Shown here: in pieces, positions 17,234 to 25,661 of the stretch | Numbering within the stretch: the stretch's first letter is position 1 | Layout: each line of letters starts with the position of its first letter | Virus record (IMG/VR): IMGVR_UViG_3300005403_000148 | Coordinates: 1-30,862 of that record | Strand: one strand, 5' to 3' | Source: a virus | Lineage: Duplodnaviria > Caudoviricetes | Length of the DNA stretch: 30,862 bases | The notes under the pieces: generated by a model | Database searches by the model: none | The model's input: the letters and a program-made list of their open reading frames with translations, nothing else | Told to the model about the DNA's origin: nothing | Made by a program: the position numbers and the translations under genes

Positions 17234-17814
17234 AAGTGCCGCCCCCATAACCGATACGGCGCGAGCAGATACTGCACGCCGAGCGGCAATTCCTCGAACT
17301 TCAACTGGCTGGCTTCGCCCACAGCGATACGGTTTTCGTACCAGTGCGCCGCAAGCAATTTGATTGCTTGGCGCAAAGGCTCCGGCACGTTGGTTGCCGC
17401 CCCGCCATAACCGCAGGTAAACGCAATTTCAACCGCGTTGTACCGACGCAACGTGGCCGACGGGATATCTTTCAGGTAGACTCGCGCCGGTTCGCCGACA
17501 ACATCGATGGAATAAGCCGAAGCCGACAGGACAATGCCGTTGTTTGCCGAATCCCACAGCCGCACCCACTCCACGGATTGCGCGGGCGCGAAGGGAAGGC
17601 AAAACTCCGGCGGGGACGGGATTTTATCCTCAAAAACCCGCCACCGCTGCGTGATGAGCTTGCGGTTGGTAGCCGACTCGGCGCAGTCGCGCGCGGCTTT
17701 TATCAGCCCCGCTATAAGCGCGTCGTCATCGGCAAACTCAACCCGCAGGTGCGCTTTCGTTTCCTCAAGCGTCACCGGCTCGACCGCAGGCCCCGCCAGC
17801 AGCATTGTCCCCAT
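17230..17814 (-). CDS. Head-tail connector (adaptor) protein, 194 aa
   Basis: EPVTLEE.KAHLRV...DD.LI, GYG...VP..L.QAI..LAAHWYENR, LL.PYR. Confidence 0.92.
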   Translation of the reverse strand: MGTMLLAGPAVEPVTLEETKAHLRVEFADDDALIAGLIKAARDCAESATNRKLITQRWRVFEDKIPSPPEFCLPFAPAQSVEWVRLWDSANNGIVLSASAYSIDVVGEPARVYLKDIPSATLRRYNAVEIAFTCGYGGAATNVPEPLRQAIKLLAAHWYENRIAVGEASQLKFEELPLGVQYLLAPYRLWGRHL

Positions 17815-17817
17815 AAG

Positions 17818-17970
17818 CTATTTCGCGCCCGGCGCGTCCGCCTTTTTGTCCTTCTTGAGCGGCTCGAGGAAGTCCTTGTGCCGCTCCGCGTCGGCGTCGC
17901 TAAGCTGCACCACCGCGCCTTCCATGTAACCGCCGAACGGCTTTTTCACCCTGTAGAGTTTCGTTTCCAT
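17818..17970 (-). CDS. Small head-associated hypothetical protein, 50 aa (not in ORF track)
   Basis: GGAGG RBS; METKLYRVKKPFGGYMEGAVVQLSDADAERHKDFLEPLKKDKKADAPGAK; fills the capsid-connector gap. Confidence 0.8.
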   Translation of the reverse strand: METKLYRVKKPFGGYMEGAVVQLSDADAERHKDFLEPLKKDKKADAPGAK

Positions 17971-17982
17971 TTTGCTTGCCTC

Positions 17983-19734
17983 CTATTTGAACAGCAGGTA
18001 GCTGAATGCCGAGCCCTGCGCAACGTCCACCGACAACGCCTGCGTAAAGCGCAGCCAGGTCTGGTCCTGCATGAACGCGTTGCTGTTATCGCCCGCGTCG
18101 TAGGCGTCCTGAGACACCTTCACCGCCAAGCCTTCGCGCGGCGAGATGAGCAGCCCTCTGTTGAACCTGCCGTATATCGCGGCGGTGCAATCCGTGCCCG
18201 TGCCGAGGTTCGCCGGTATCGTCGGGCATATCACATACGGCACGTTCCATATCGTCGCCGGGATATTGCCGGTAGGCGGCTGCCAGATGTACTGGTTCTG
18301 GCTGTCCTTGAGCTTCATCAGCTTTTTAAGGCCGGTGCGGCTCAAGGCGATTGCCGCGCCCTGCGAGTTCGCCGCGTTGAGCGAGAATATCAGCTCCGCG
18401 ATATCGTCGAAGCTGACCGACGCGCTGCCCATAGACACCACATTAACGCCCGACGCCTTGATGATGCCGGTGAACGGGTCGCCCGCGCCGGCATCGCCCA
18501 GCAGCGCAACGCGCTCGATTTCCAGCGCCATCGCCTCGCTGATAAGCTCGGACAGGAACGCTGTCAGGTTTATGGCGGTATCCCGGAGCAGTTCGTCCGT
18601 GCATTTGATGACCGCCGCCATGACTTTCGCTACCTGCTCCAGTTGCCCGAACGTCGGGTTCGTGGTGGGCTTCGTGCCGCCTTCCGTCACCCAACCGATA
18701 GACACACTGGTCAACTGGCGCGGCAACTGCCGCTTCCATGTGGACATCGGCAGGATATTCGCCAGTTGCATTATCGGCGACGCATCTTTGAGCAGCCGGA
18801 TGACCTCGTAGCTGAATTCGGTCGGGACGACATAGCCGCCCGTCGCGGGCGTGCCTTCCGTCATGACGGCTTTCGCGTCCGCGAGCATCGGGTGCCGCTC
18901 TTTTGCCGCGAGCAGGAAATTCCGCATGTTGCCGAACTTCCTGCCGTACTCGCTGGTCCACGATTTTTCAGCCGCGTTTTTCGGCGAGTTCTTGAACGCC
19001 TCGGCCCGTTCCATCACCTCTTCCGGGCTCTGGGGCGGGACCTGCCTGCCGCTCGGCTGGGGGTGCAGACGCTTTACCACGTCCTCAACCAGCTTCTCGG
19101 CTTTCTCCTTGGTGAGGCAGTCGTCCAACCTGCACTCCAAGGTCTTGCGTAGCTCCGCTATGGAGCCGTTTACGTCCGGCGCGTTGCCGGATGCCTGTGT
19201 CGCTTCCATTTTGTTTCCTCCGTCTTTTTGGGATTCGCTCAAACTTTTGAGCGCTTTGCTTACCGCCTCCGCCAACGCGTCAGGGTCGGCGGGCACCGCC
19301 ACCAGCGATATCTCGTATATCTCTGCCAGCGTGAGTTGGTTCGGCGCATCGGGGTTCTCGTAGTGGAACCGGCCCGCAATGCTGATGCCCTTCGCGTGGC
19401 CTTCCGTGTATATCCGTCGGGCGTGTTCAACGACCGGGTAATCCGACGCAGAAAACTTGGCTTTGAAGTAAAGCCCCTTGCCGTCCTCGCGGATTTCGGT
19501 CATCGAACCCGCGACATGGTCTACCGCGTTTACATGGTCCACCAGCAGCACCGGGTTCTTGAGATACTCTTTGAGGTCGTAAACGTAATCCCGCTTCGTC
19601 TTGTAAACCGCCGGGATATCGCCGTACCGGTCGGCCTGATTTTTGGTGTTCGCGTAGCCCTCCAAGAACACCGCGCCGTTTTCCTGCGTGATTTTGCCGC
19701 CTTCAATCGGCAGTATTTTGAATTGCCTGTCCAT
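17983..19734 (-). CDS. Prohead protease-major capsid protein fusion (HK97 fold), 583 aa; internal start at 19209
   Basis: Protease motifs EGYA, NPVLL.DH, GL...A, GISI.G, EISLVAVPA; capsid motifs GGYVVP, WVTEG, ELL.D, LKDS...YIW. Confidence 0.95.
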   Translation of the reverse strand: MDRQFKILPIEGGKITQENGAVFLEGYANTKNQADRYGDIPAVYKTKRDYVYDLKEYLKNPVLLVDHVNAVDHVAGSMTEIREDGKGLYFKAKFSASDYPVVEHARRIYTEGHAKGISIAGRFHYENPDAPNQLTLAEIYEISLVAVPADPDALAEAVSKALKSLSESQKDGGNKMEATQASGNAPDVNGSIAELRKTLECRLDDCLTKEKAEKLVEDVVKRLHPQPSGRQVPPQSPEEVMERAEAFKNSPKNAAEKSWTSEYGRKFGNMRNFLLAAKERHPMLADAKAVMTEGTPATGGYVVPTEFSYEVIRLLKDASPIMQLANILPMSTWKRQLPRQLTSVSIGWVTEGGTKPTTNPTFGQLEQVAKVMAAVIKCTDELLRDTAINLTAFLSELISEAMALEIERVALLGDAGAGDPFTGIIKASGVNVVSMGSASVSFDDIAELIFSLNAANSQGAAIALSRTGLKKLMKLKDSQNQYIWQPPTGNIPATIWNVPYVICPTIPANLGTGTDCTAAIYGRFNRGLLISPREGLAVKVSQDAYDAGDNSNAFMQDQTWLRFTQALSVDVAQGSAFSYLLFK

Positions 19735-20911
19735 TGTTCCCTCCAGAACCCATATTCAGCGGCACAAGATATTGCCCGCCCTGCCCGTTCGGCAGCTTGT
19801 TCATGTTCTCCCGCTCACGGATGTCGTCCGCCGACAGCCAGCCCCATTGCCGCCCGATGGCGTAGGCCTCATAGCGCGTCTTTATGTCGCCGCGCAGCAG
19901 GCCTTCTATAAGGAACTCCGGGAAGAAGTCGCCCGAAAACAGCTTGAACGACAGTTCCTGCTCGATATTCACCAGCCACGGACGGATGGTATCGGTGACG
20001 AACTCTATGGCCTGATGCTCGATGTTGTTGTTCGTCGAGCGGTCGAGGTCCGAAATCTTGTGCAATGGCATACGGAAGTAGCGGGCGATTTCGGATACGC
20101 CGAACTTACGCGTTTCCAAAAGCTGCGCGTCCTCCGGCGGCACGCCCACCGCGTTGAACTTCATGCCTTCTTCCAAGACCGCTACGCGGAATTTGTTATC
20201 CAGTCCTTCGTGCGTTTTCTCAAAGGATTTTCGGAGTCGCGCCGCCGCTTCGTCCGATAATTGGCCCGGATGTTCCAGAATGCCGCCCGGACGGGCGTCG
20301 TTTGCGAAGAATTTAGCTGCGTATTTCTGCGCCGCTAGGCCCAAGCCGATGGCTTCCTTCGCCGCCCGCATAGGCGGCAGGCCGATAAGCCCGTCATAGG
20401 ACAAGCCTTTGACGTGCAGCATATCCGCGAAAGGCACATTCACCACGCCCGAATCCAGAGCGACCGAGTAGACCAACTGCCCATTCACGCGCTTGAGCGA
20501 TACCCGCCAAGGCGTAATGGGCCACAAAGCCACCGGCTCGCGCGCGGAATTGCGCTCGATTTCGCTATAGTGATTGCCCCACATGCATAGATGCAGCATG
20601 ATGGCCTGCCGCCACGACATGGAAGTCATCTCCGGATTGGGCGCGTCATGAAGCAGTTTGTAAAGCGGGTGGTTCGTCGCGCGGTTTTTACCGTCCGCCG
20701 TGCGCTGGTAGACGTGCAGCGGCAGGCTGCCCACAGTCTGCGACAGCACCTGCGTGCAGGCATATACCGCCGACAGATTCAACGCCAGCGTTTCGTTCAC
20801 CAGCACGCCGCTTTGCGTGTCCGAAAGCGGCAGGAACACATCGGCGAAGAACTGCTGCATGTTATGCATCTTCCGCCCGCCGAAACTGAAAATCTTTTTT
20901 AGCCAGTTCAT
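19703..20911 (-). CDS. Portal protein, HK97 family, 402 aa
   Basis: ATGA-coupled start at 20911; SAVYAC, PN.EM, G.PP, FF.N.A.PGGIL, VLEEG, EIAR.F..P, R..EN. Confidence 0.96.
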   Translation of the reverse strand: MNWLKKIFSFGGRKMHNMQQFFADVFLPLSDTQSGVLVNETLALNLSAVYACTQVLSQTVGSLPLHVYQRTADGKNRATNHPLYKLLHDAPNPEMTSMSWRQAIMLHLCMWGNHYSEIERNSAREPVALWPITPWRVSLKRVNGQLVYSVALDSGVVNVPFADMLHVKGLSYDGLIGLPPMRAAKEAIGLGLAAQKYAAKFFANDARPGGILEHPGQLSDEAAARLRKSFEKTHEGLDNKFRVAVLEEGMKFNAVGVPPEDAQLLETRKFGVSEIARYFRMPLHKISDLDRSTNNNIEHQAIEFVTDTIRPWLVNIEQELSFKLFSGDFFPEFLIEGLLRGDIKTRYEAYAIGRQWGWLSADDIRERENMNKLPNGQGGQYLVPLNMGSGGNNGQAIQNTAD

Positions 20912-22455
20912 AAAATCGTTATCCCTCGTCTTTCGTAGACGCTTCTGCCGCAATGACGCATGGCACGGTCCAAGGCCATCACGGCGGCTACGATACCGTC
21001 TATGCGGCTTGTGCTTTTTGCCTTGTCCGGTTTGATGTTGCCAGCCGGGTCCATCCTGACCACGGCGTTATCTGCCATCCAGCGCATCACCGGATTGCCT
21101 CCGTGGTGCAGCTTTCCAGCCAGCACCAGCCGAAGAAGCTCGCCGCTGGGCCCCGCCATGCTGGCGAACCCCTGTCCGAACGGGACAACCGTCAGGCCAA
21201 GCTCCTGCAGTTCCTGCACGATTTTCGCCGCGCCCCAGCGGTCAAAAGCGATTTCCTTAAGCGCGTATTGCTTGCGAAGCTCCGCTATCTTGGCGACGAC
21301 AAACCCGTAATCGATGTAGTTGCCGCCGGTCGTGAATATCAATTTCTGCCGCACCCAGAGTTCATACGGCACGCGGTCACGGTTGGAACGTCCGCGCAAA
21401 TCGTCTTCCGGAATCCAGAAAAACGCCAGCAGCTTGATGGTGTCCTCCACCGGAAACGCCAGCACAAGTGCCGTAATGTCGGTTGTAGACGACAAATCCA
21501 GTCCGGCGTAGCACGGCTTGCCCCGGAGCGTTTCGGGTATCACCGTTCCGGCAGACGCGTCCCATGCCGCCATCGACAGCCAGCGCGATTCCTGCTGCGT
21601 CCACTGGTTCAGATACAGGCGGCGGAAGGTGTTCTCGTATGCCGGGACGTTCTGCGCCTTGGCGCATTCGCGTTTAAGGTAATCCTCGCTGATGGATACG
21701 CCGAGGTTCGGATTGGCCTTGTGCCATACCGCCGGGTCGCGCCAGTCGTCAGTCTCGTCCGCCGCGTATATTACCGGCAGAAACGAGTCGTCCGGGACCA
21801 CGCCTTCCTTCACCCGACGCGCGTATTCGTGCAGCTCCCAGCAAATGGAGTTCCGGTCAAACCCCGCCGTGGTAATCGCCATCGTCAGCGGCTGCATCCG
21901 CGAGCCCGTGCTTGTGGTCAGCACGTCCCATAGGTCCCGGTTCGGCTGCGCGTGAAGCTCGTCGAATATAATCCCGTGCGCGTTGAGGCCGTGTTTTGTC
22001 GGCGCGTCGGAGCTTAAAACCTGATAGTTTGATGCCGTGCGCGGAACGAATATCGAGTTGCGGTATATCTGCCCGCGTGACATAAGCGCTCTGGACGCCA
22101 TAGCCATGCCTTTAGCCACGTTGAACACTATCGCAGCCTGCTTGGTGTCCGCAGCCGCGCTGTAAACCTCGGCGGACGGCTCGCTGTCGGCGTAAAGCAG
22201 ATACAGCGCCACGCCGGAACAAAGGCTGGATTTCCCGTTCTTGCGCGGGATTTCGATATAGCAGGTGCGGTAGCGGCGCGTGCCGTCTTCGCGCCTGCAG
22301 CCGAACAGCGGGTGGATGATATCCTCCTTCTGCCAGCGTTCCAGCCTGAACGGCTCTCCCGCCCATTTGCCTTTGATATGGACGAGGTAACGCTCGAAGA
22401 ACCGGGTGGCCCGGTCCGCCGCTTTCTGGTCAAAATAGAAATCGCGTTCGTTCAT
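20908..22455 (-). CDS. Terminase large subunit, 515 aa
   Basis: Walker A PRKNGKS, Walker B IIFDELH, ITTAG, ANPNLG, nuclease GLDLS...D and RIDG. Confidence 0.97.
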   Translation of the reverse strand: MNERDFYFDQKAADRATRFFERYLVHIKGKWAGEPFRLERWQKEDIIHPLFGCRREDGTRRYRTCYIEIPRKNGKSSLCSGVALYLLYADSEPSAEVYSAAADTKQAAIVFNVAKGMAMASRALMSRGQIYRNSIFVPRTASNYQVLSSDAPTKHGLNAHGIIFDELHAQPNRDLWDVLTTSTGSRMQPLTMAITTAGFDRNSICWELHEYARRVKEGVVPDDSFLPVIYAADETDDWRDPAVWHKANPNLGVSISEDYLKRECAKAQNVPAYENTFRRLYLNQWTQQESRWLSMAAWDASAGTVIPETLRGKPCYAGLDLSSTTDITALVLAFPVEDTIKLLAFFWIPEDDLRGRSNRDRVPYELWVRQKLIFTTGGNYIDYGFVVAKIAELRKQYALKEIAFDRWGAAKIVQELQELGLTVVPFGQGFASMAGPSGELLRLVLAGKLHHGGNPVMRWMADNAVVRMDPAGNIKPDKAKSTSRIDGIVAAVMALDRAMRHCGRSVYERRGITIL

Positions 22456-22913
22456 GATGGTTTGTTGAAAAAACTCTCGTCCTCGTTGCCGTCCTTGTCC
22501 GTCATCGGGATTATCCGGCTCCGCATCGTGGCCGGAATGCCCATCTCAGCCGCCAGCTTCGTCATCATCAGCATCCAGCCCCGCGCGATGGAAACATGCG
22601 GTATCTGCTGGAATGCGCCATTGGGCGTGCGGTAGACCTGCTTGCTCTGCTTGAGGACATCGTTCGCCCGCTTCCAGTTGGAATAAGCCGAGCAGTAGAG
22701 CATGAACAGGTCCCGGTCCACCGAGCTAACGACGTGGAGCGCGGCAAGTTCCGGAAAAAGCTCCCGCCATTTCGCCTTGGCCTCGTCGTCCAGAAATTCA
22801 GGCGGCTCGCTGTTGGCGGGTCCGGGCTTCGGTTCGGCAAAGTTGGTCCTGCACCGCTTCAAAGTGCCCGTTTTCCGCTTGATTTCCGTCGGTATTCGCT
22901 TTCTTCCGCGCAT
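22452..22913 (-). CDS. Terminase small subunit, P27 family, 153 aa
   Basis: RGRK..PT..K...G, PP.FL...AK..W, YC, E.G..P..RSR; coupled to TerL. Confidence 0.92.
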   Translation of the reverse strand: MRGRKRIPTEIKRKTGTLKRCRTNFAEPKPGPANSEPPEFLDDEAKAKWRELFPELAALHVVSSVDRDLFMLYCSAYSNWKRANDVLKQSKQVYRTPNGAFQQIPHVSIARGWMLMMTKLAAEMGIPATMRSRIIPMTDKDGNEDESFFNKPS

Positions 22914-23008
22914 ATTTACCCTGCCTACCCCCCTGTGCGAATTATGGACGCGTTTGCGCGTGGGCGCGCATCGGTCTATATCCGAAAGGCTGGGAGGATT
23001 TCATAGGC
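22914..23008 (-). other. Probable cos (packaging) region
   Basis: Non-coding gap between HNH and TerS with a GC-rich core GACCGATGCGCGCCC and a G run; usual cos location in HNH/P27-TerS phages. Confidence 0.5.
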
Positions 23009-23368
23009 CTACGGCCTGTAGCGACCGAATCCTCCGTCTTCCTGCGCCGTCTTGAGGCTGTGGTGTTCGTGGCACAGCCCCTGCAAATTGTTTTCCTCAT
23101 CGGTGCCACCCTTTGAGCGGGGCACTATATGGTCCACGTCCGTTGATAACTGCCCGCAGCCCGGATGCCTGCATACAGGGTCCCGCGCCAAGATGAGCAG
23201 CCTTAACCTCTGCCAACGTGAGCCATAACCTCGTTGCGTTGACGTGCCACGCCTGTCCCGCTCGGCCTTGTCGGCCTGCGCCTTGTGCGCCGTGCAGTAT
23301 CGCCCGCCTTCCTCCGCCAATGCGGGGCAGCCGGGATACGCGCACGGAGGCAGAGGCTTATGCGGCAT
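23009..23368 (-). CDS. Terminase-associated HNH endonuclease, 119 aa
   Basis: CAYPGC...C..H, RGY..RW, DHI.P...GG....NLQGLC..HH..KT. Confidence 0.95.
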   Translation of the reverse strand: MPHKPLPPCAYPGCPALAEEGGRYCTAHKAQADKAERDRRGTSTQRGYGSRWQRLRLLILARDPVCRHPGCGQLSTDVDHIVPRSKGGTDEENNLQGLCHEHHSLKTAQEDGGFGRYRP

Positions 23369-24533
23369 GGTGCACCTCGGCCTTCTTGCCCGTCGCCTGT
23401 TCCCAGCGTTTGACTATGACATCGCTGTAAAGAGGGTCTATCTCGCAGAGGCAGGCTTTGCGTCCGGTATGCTCGCAGGCTATAAGCGTGCTGCCTGAGC
23501 CGCCGAACAGGTCCAGCACCACATCGCCCTTGCGGCTGCTGTTGCGTATCGCGCGGGCGCACAGTTCAACGGGCTTCATGGTCGGGTGTTCTTCGCTGCG
23601 CGTGGGTCGGTTAATTTCCCAGACCGTTGTCTCGGCCCGTCCGCCGTACCATTTGTGGCTTGCGCCAGCCGCCCAGCCGTAAAGTATGGGTTCGTGCTGC
23701 CACTGGTAGTCCTGCCTGCCGAGTACGAAGCTCTGCTTGGCCCAGATGACCGTTTGTTTGACCTCGAAACCACTATCCAGCAAGGCCTGACGAAACAACA
23801 TCGTCTTGCCGTCAGCGTGGCACACGTAATAAGGTGTTCCGCCGTCGCAGACCTTACGCATTGCACCGAACGCCTTGCCGAGGAACGCGCTGAAATCCGC
23901 GTCGGACATAGCATCGTTCTGAATGGTCAGGCGTTTCTTGGTTTTGCCGACATAGGCGATACCGTAAGGCGGGTCGGTGAATATCATGTCGGCCTTGGCA
24001 CCGTCCATCAGGCGGTTGATTACCACCTCGCTGGTAGAGTCGCCGCAAAGCAGGCGATGGTCGCCAAGCAACCACAGGTCGCCGGGCTTTGAGATGGCTG
24101 TCTCCGGCTTGTCCGGAACTTCGTTCAGCTTGTCCTCGTCCAGCAGGGCTTCACCCTGTCCCATTTCGCCGAGTTCATCGTCCGAGAACCCGACCTCTCG
24201 CAGGAAATCCGCGTCAAAATCGTTGGCGAGTATATCCATATCCCAGTCGCCTGCCGAAATGTTGTCCTGGAGCATCCGCTTGGCCTCAAGCTCCGGGTTG
24301 TCCATTACGATGACCGGCACTTCTTTCATGCCGATTTCTACGGCGGCGCGGTAACGCTGGTTGCCCGCAAATATCACCATGTCCTTGTTGACGAGGATAG
24401 GCCGCGCTTCAAAATAATCGCGGTCTTCGCGGAGGCTGGCGCACAAACGCTTGAACGCGTCGTCCTTTATTACGCGCGGGTTCTGTGGGTTGGGCTTGAT
24501 TTTGCCGACGGGGATATATTCAGGCTTAAGCAT
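23358..24533 (-). CDS. ParB-like domain fused to N6/N4 DNA methyltransferase (beta class), 391 aa
   Basis: ATG at 24533 with GGAGGG; NPR and AGNQR ParB motifs, HRL.CGDS, TDPPY, HPTMKP, LDLFGGSGSTL. Confidence 0.93.
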   Translation of the reverse strand: MLKPEYIPVGKIKPNPQNPRVIKDDAFKRLCASLREDRDYFEARPILVNKDMVIFAGNQRYRAAVEIGMKEVPVIVMDNPELEAKRMLQDNISAGDWDMDILANDFDADFLREVGFSDDELGEMGQGEALLDEDKLNEVPDKPETAISKPGDLWLLGDHRLLCGDSTSEVVINRLMDGAKADMIFTDPPYGIAYVGKTKKRLTIQNDAMSDADFSAFLGKAFGAMRKVCDGGTPYYVCHADGKTMLFRQALLDSGFEVKQTVIWAKQSFVLGRQDYQWQHEPILYGWAAGASHKWYGGRAETTVWEINRPTRSEEHPTMKPVELCARAIRNSSRKGDVVLDLFGGSGSTLIACEHTGRKACLCEIDPLYSDVIVKRWEQATGKKAEVHHAA

Positions 24534-24678
24534 ATATCCCTCCGGCGAAAGGATTGCGCCCTTTCGTTGGGTCAGCGGCTTGATGCCTGTGTTTGGTGTT
24601 ACCCTGCTTCGGGCGCAAAAGGATGGCGGCCTGCACACGGACCGGTTCGTTCACGATGCGCGTATCCGCGCCGCCGCC
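24534..24678 (-). promoter_or_regulatory. Structured 5' leader with mutually exclusive SD-sequestering and SD-exposing folds
   Basis: TTGCGCCC/GGGCGCAA plus TCCTTTC/GGAGGGA, versus the CGAAAGG/CCTTTCG hairpin. Confidence 0.45.
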
Positions 24679-24718
24679 AAAAAATGAAGCCCTGCGTCCG
24701 TGTTTCAGGACGCAGAGC
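24679..24718 (-). terminator. Intrinsic terminator ahead of the late operon
   Basis: Stem GCTCTGCGTCC/GGACGCAGGGC (11 bp, one G-U), 8-nt loop, then TTCATTTTTT. Confidence 0.75.
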
Positions 24719-24721
24719 AGG

Positions 24722-24805
24722 GCGTATATTGTCGAGGTATACGCAAATCCGTCACAAAAATAAATCGAGGCACACGCCATAATTCTCCCGGCGTATACCT
24801 CGACA
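24722..24805. promoter_or_regulatory. Array of TCGAGGTATACGC repeats, putative operator or activator sites
   Basis: Perfect 15-bp inverted repeat at 24730-24744 and 24791-24805, an 11/13 copy at 24765-24777, half-site GCGTATA at 24722-24728. Confidence 0.65.
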
Positions 24806-24813
24806 CTGATAGT

Positions 24814-25032
24814 TTACCGCACAGCTTTCCGCTTGTCACGCACTAAACTTTGGCTACATTCTTGAATACGTCTTTCTCGTCGTAAAACATATATGTTCAA
24901 ACGGCTCCTTCGGACTACCTCATAAACCACCCCGATAGATTTTAGCTGCATCCTGTGCGCGACCTCTTTCGGCAAAAGCCCGCGTTTCAATAATGCGATT
25001 ATCTGCGCGTCGCGCTTGGGATTCATGCTCAT
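24814..25032 (-). CDS. Small basic HTH protein, candidate late regulator, 72 aa
   Basis: RD.QII.LL..GL.PKEVA..M...IG.VY HTH-like pattern; ATGA coupling; last gene before the regulatory gap. Confidence 0.65.
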   Translation of the reverse strand: MSMNPKRDAQIIALLKRGLLPKEVAHRMQLKSIGVVYEVVRRSRLNIYVLRRERRIQECSQSLVRDKRKAVR

Positions 25033-25337
25033 ATCTTCTGTCCCGGAAAATCGCTGAACAGCATTGGCGTGTCGTCTTCAAGTTTGTGCTTCGCTGCCAG
25101 CGCTATCGTGGTCCTGTGCAATGCCTCCCAATGCTCCAGTTCGTTTGTAAACTGACGCATCGTGGCATTGTTGCTGCGGCACGCCAACCAGACCGCGTTG
25201 AGCCGATGCTCGCAATCGCATATCGCTTTAAACAGTCTGGCATCCTGCTGCTCTGCGACTTTATACGCGCCCGGTATCCACGCCTTTGAAATACGGTCTA
25301 TGGCAGCCGTCACCAGTTTCCTGCGCTCTATTTCCAT
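25029..25337 (-). CDS. Hypothetical protein, 102 aa
   Basis: ATG at 25337 (MEIERRK) after GGGG; the longer track ORF extends through the repeat cluster. Confidence 0.65.
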   Translation of the reverse strand: MEIERRKLVTAAIDRISKAWIPGAYKVAEQQDARLFKAICDCEHRLNAVWLACRSNNATMRQFTNELEHWEALHRTTIALAAKHKLEDDTPMLFSDFPGQKI

Positions 25338-25350
25338 AGCGCATACCCCG

Positions 25351-25590
25351 TTTTGGCGATTCGGCGAGCCGTTTTTAAGTTTTGGCGAACGCTTTTGTAT
25401 TGGCAAACTTCGATTTTTTCGCCAATTCGCCAAGAATTCCGGAAACTTTTCCGGATAAGGGACTCTCTTATAAAACTTTCCCGGATGAATTGGCGATTTG
25501 GCGAACAATATATATTATTCGCGTGCGTAGGAGCGGGGTTTCGCCAAAACCCCTGTTTTTCGTTTTGGCGATTTTGGCGAAATTGGCGAA
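25351..25590. repeat. TTGGCGA iteron cluster, putative replication origin
   Basis: Ten exact TTGGCGA/TCGCCAA copies in both orientations, an AAACTTTYCCGGAT direct repeat and AT palindrome AATATATATT, just downstream of the primase-helicase. Confidence 0.75.
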
Positions 25591-25661
25591 AACCGGCGCA
25601 TGCTGTATATATTCCGCGCGGGCACGCAATTAAGATATTCACCCGGAATGTAACCATCGCG

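Noticed and set aside
17344-19152. 602-aa plus-strand ORF and similar long antisense ORFs (12-14 kb, 21-22 kb)
   Set aside because: Mirror frames of GC-rich capsid, TMP and terminase genes; no family signal.
24555-24580. Hammerhead ribozyme (CTGA...GAAA) in the methylase leader
   Set aside because: The core reads CTGACCC rather than CTGANGA and the required stems are absent.
24526-24782. 84-aa and 71-aa ORFs in the late regulatory gap
   Set aside because: They cross a terminator and repeat array and lack protein-like motifs.
24730-24805. Invertible promoter switch
   Set aside because: Only 46 bp separate the repeats, extra partial copies fit protein-binding sites better and no invertase is visible; read-orientation data would settle it.
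25351-25590. CRISPR array
   Set aside because: Repeats are 7 bp, irregularly spaced and in both orientations; no cas operon is present.
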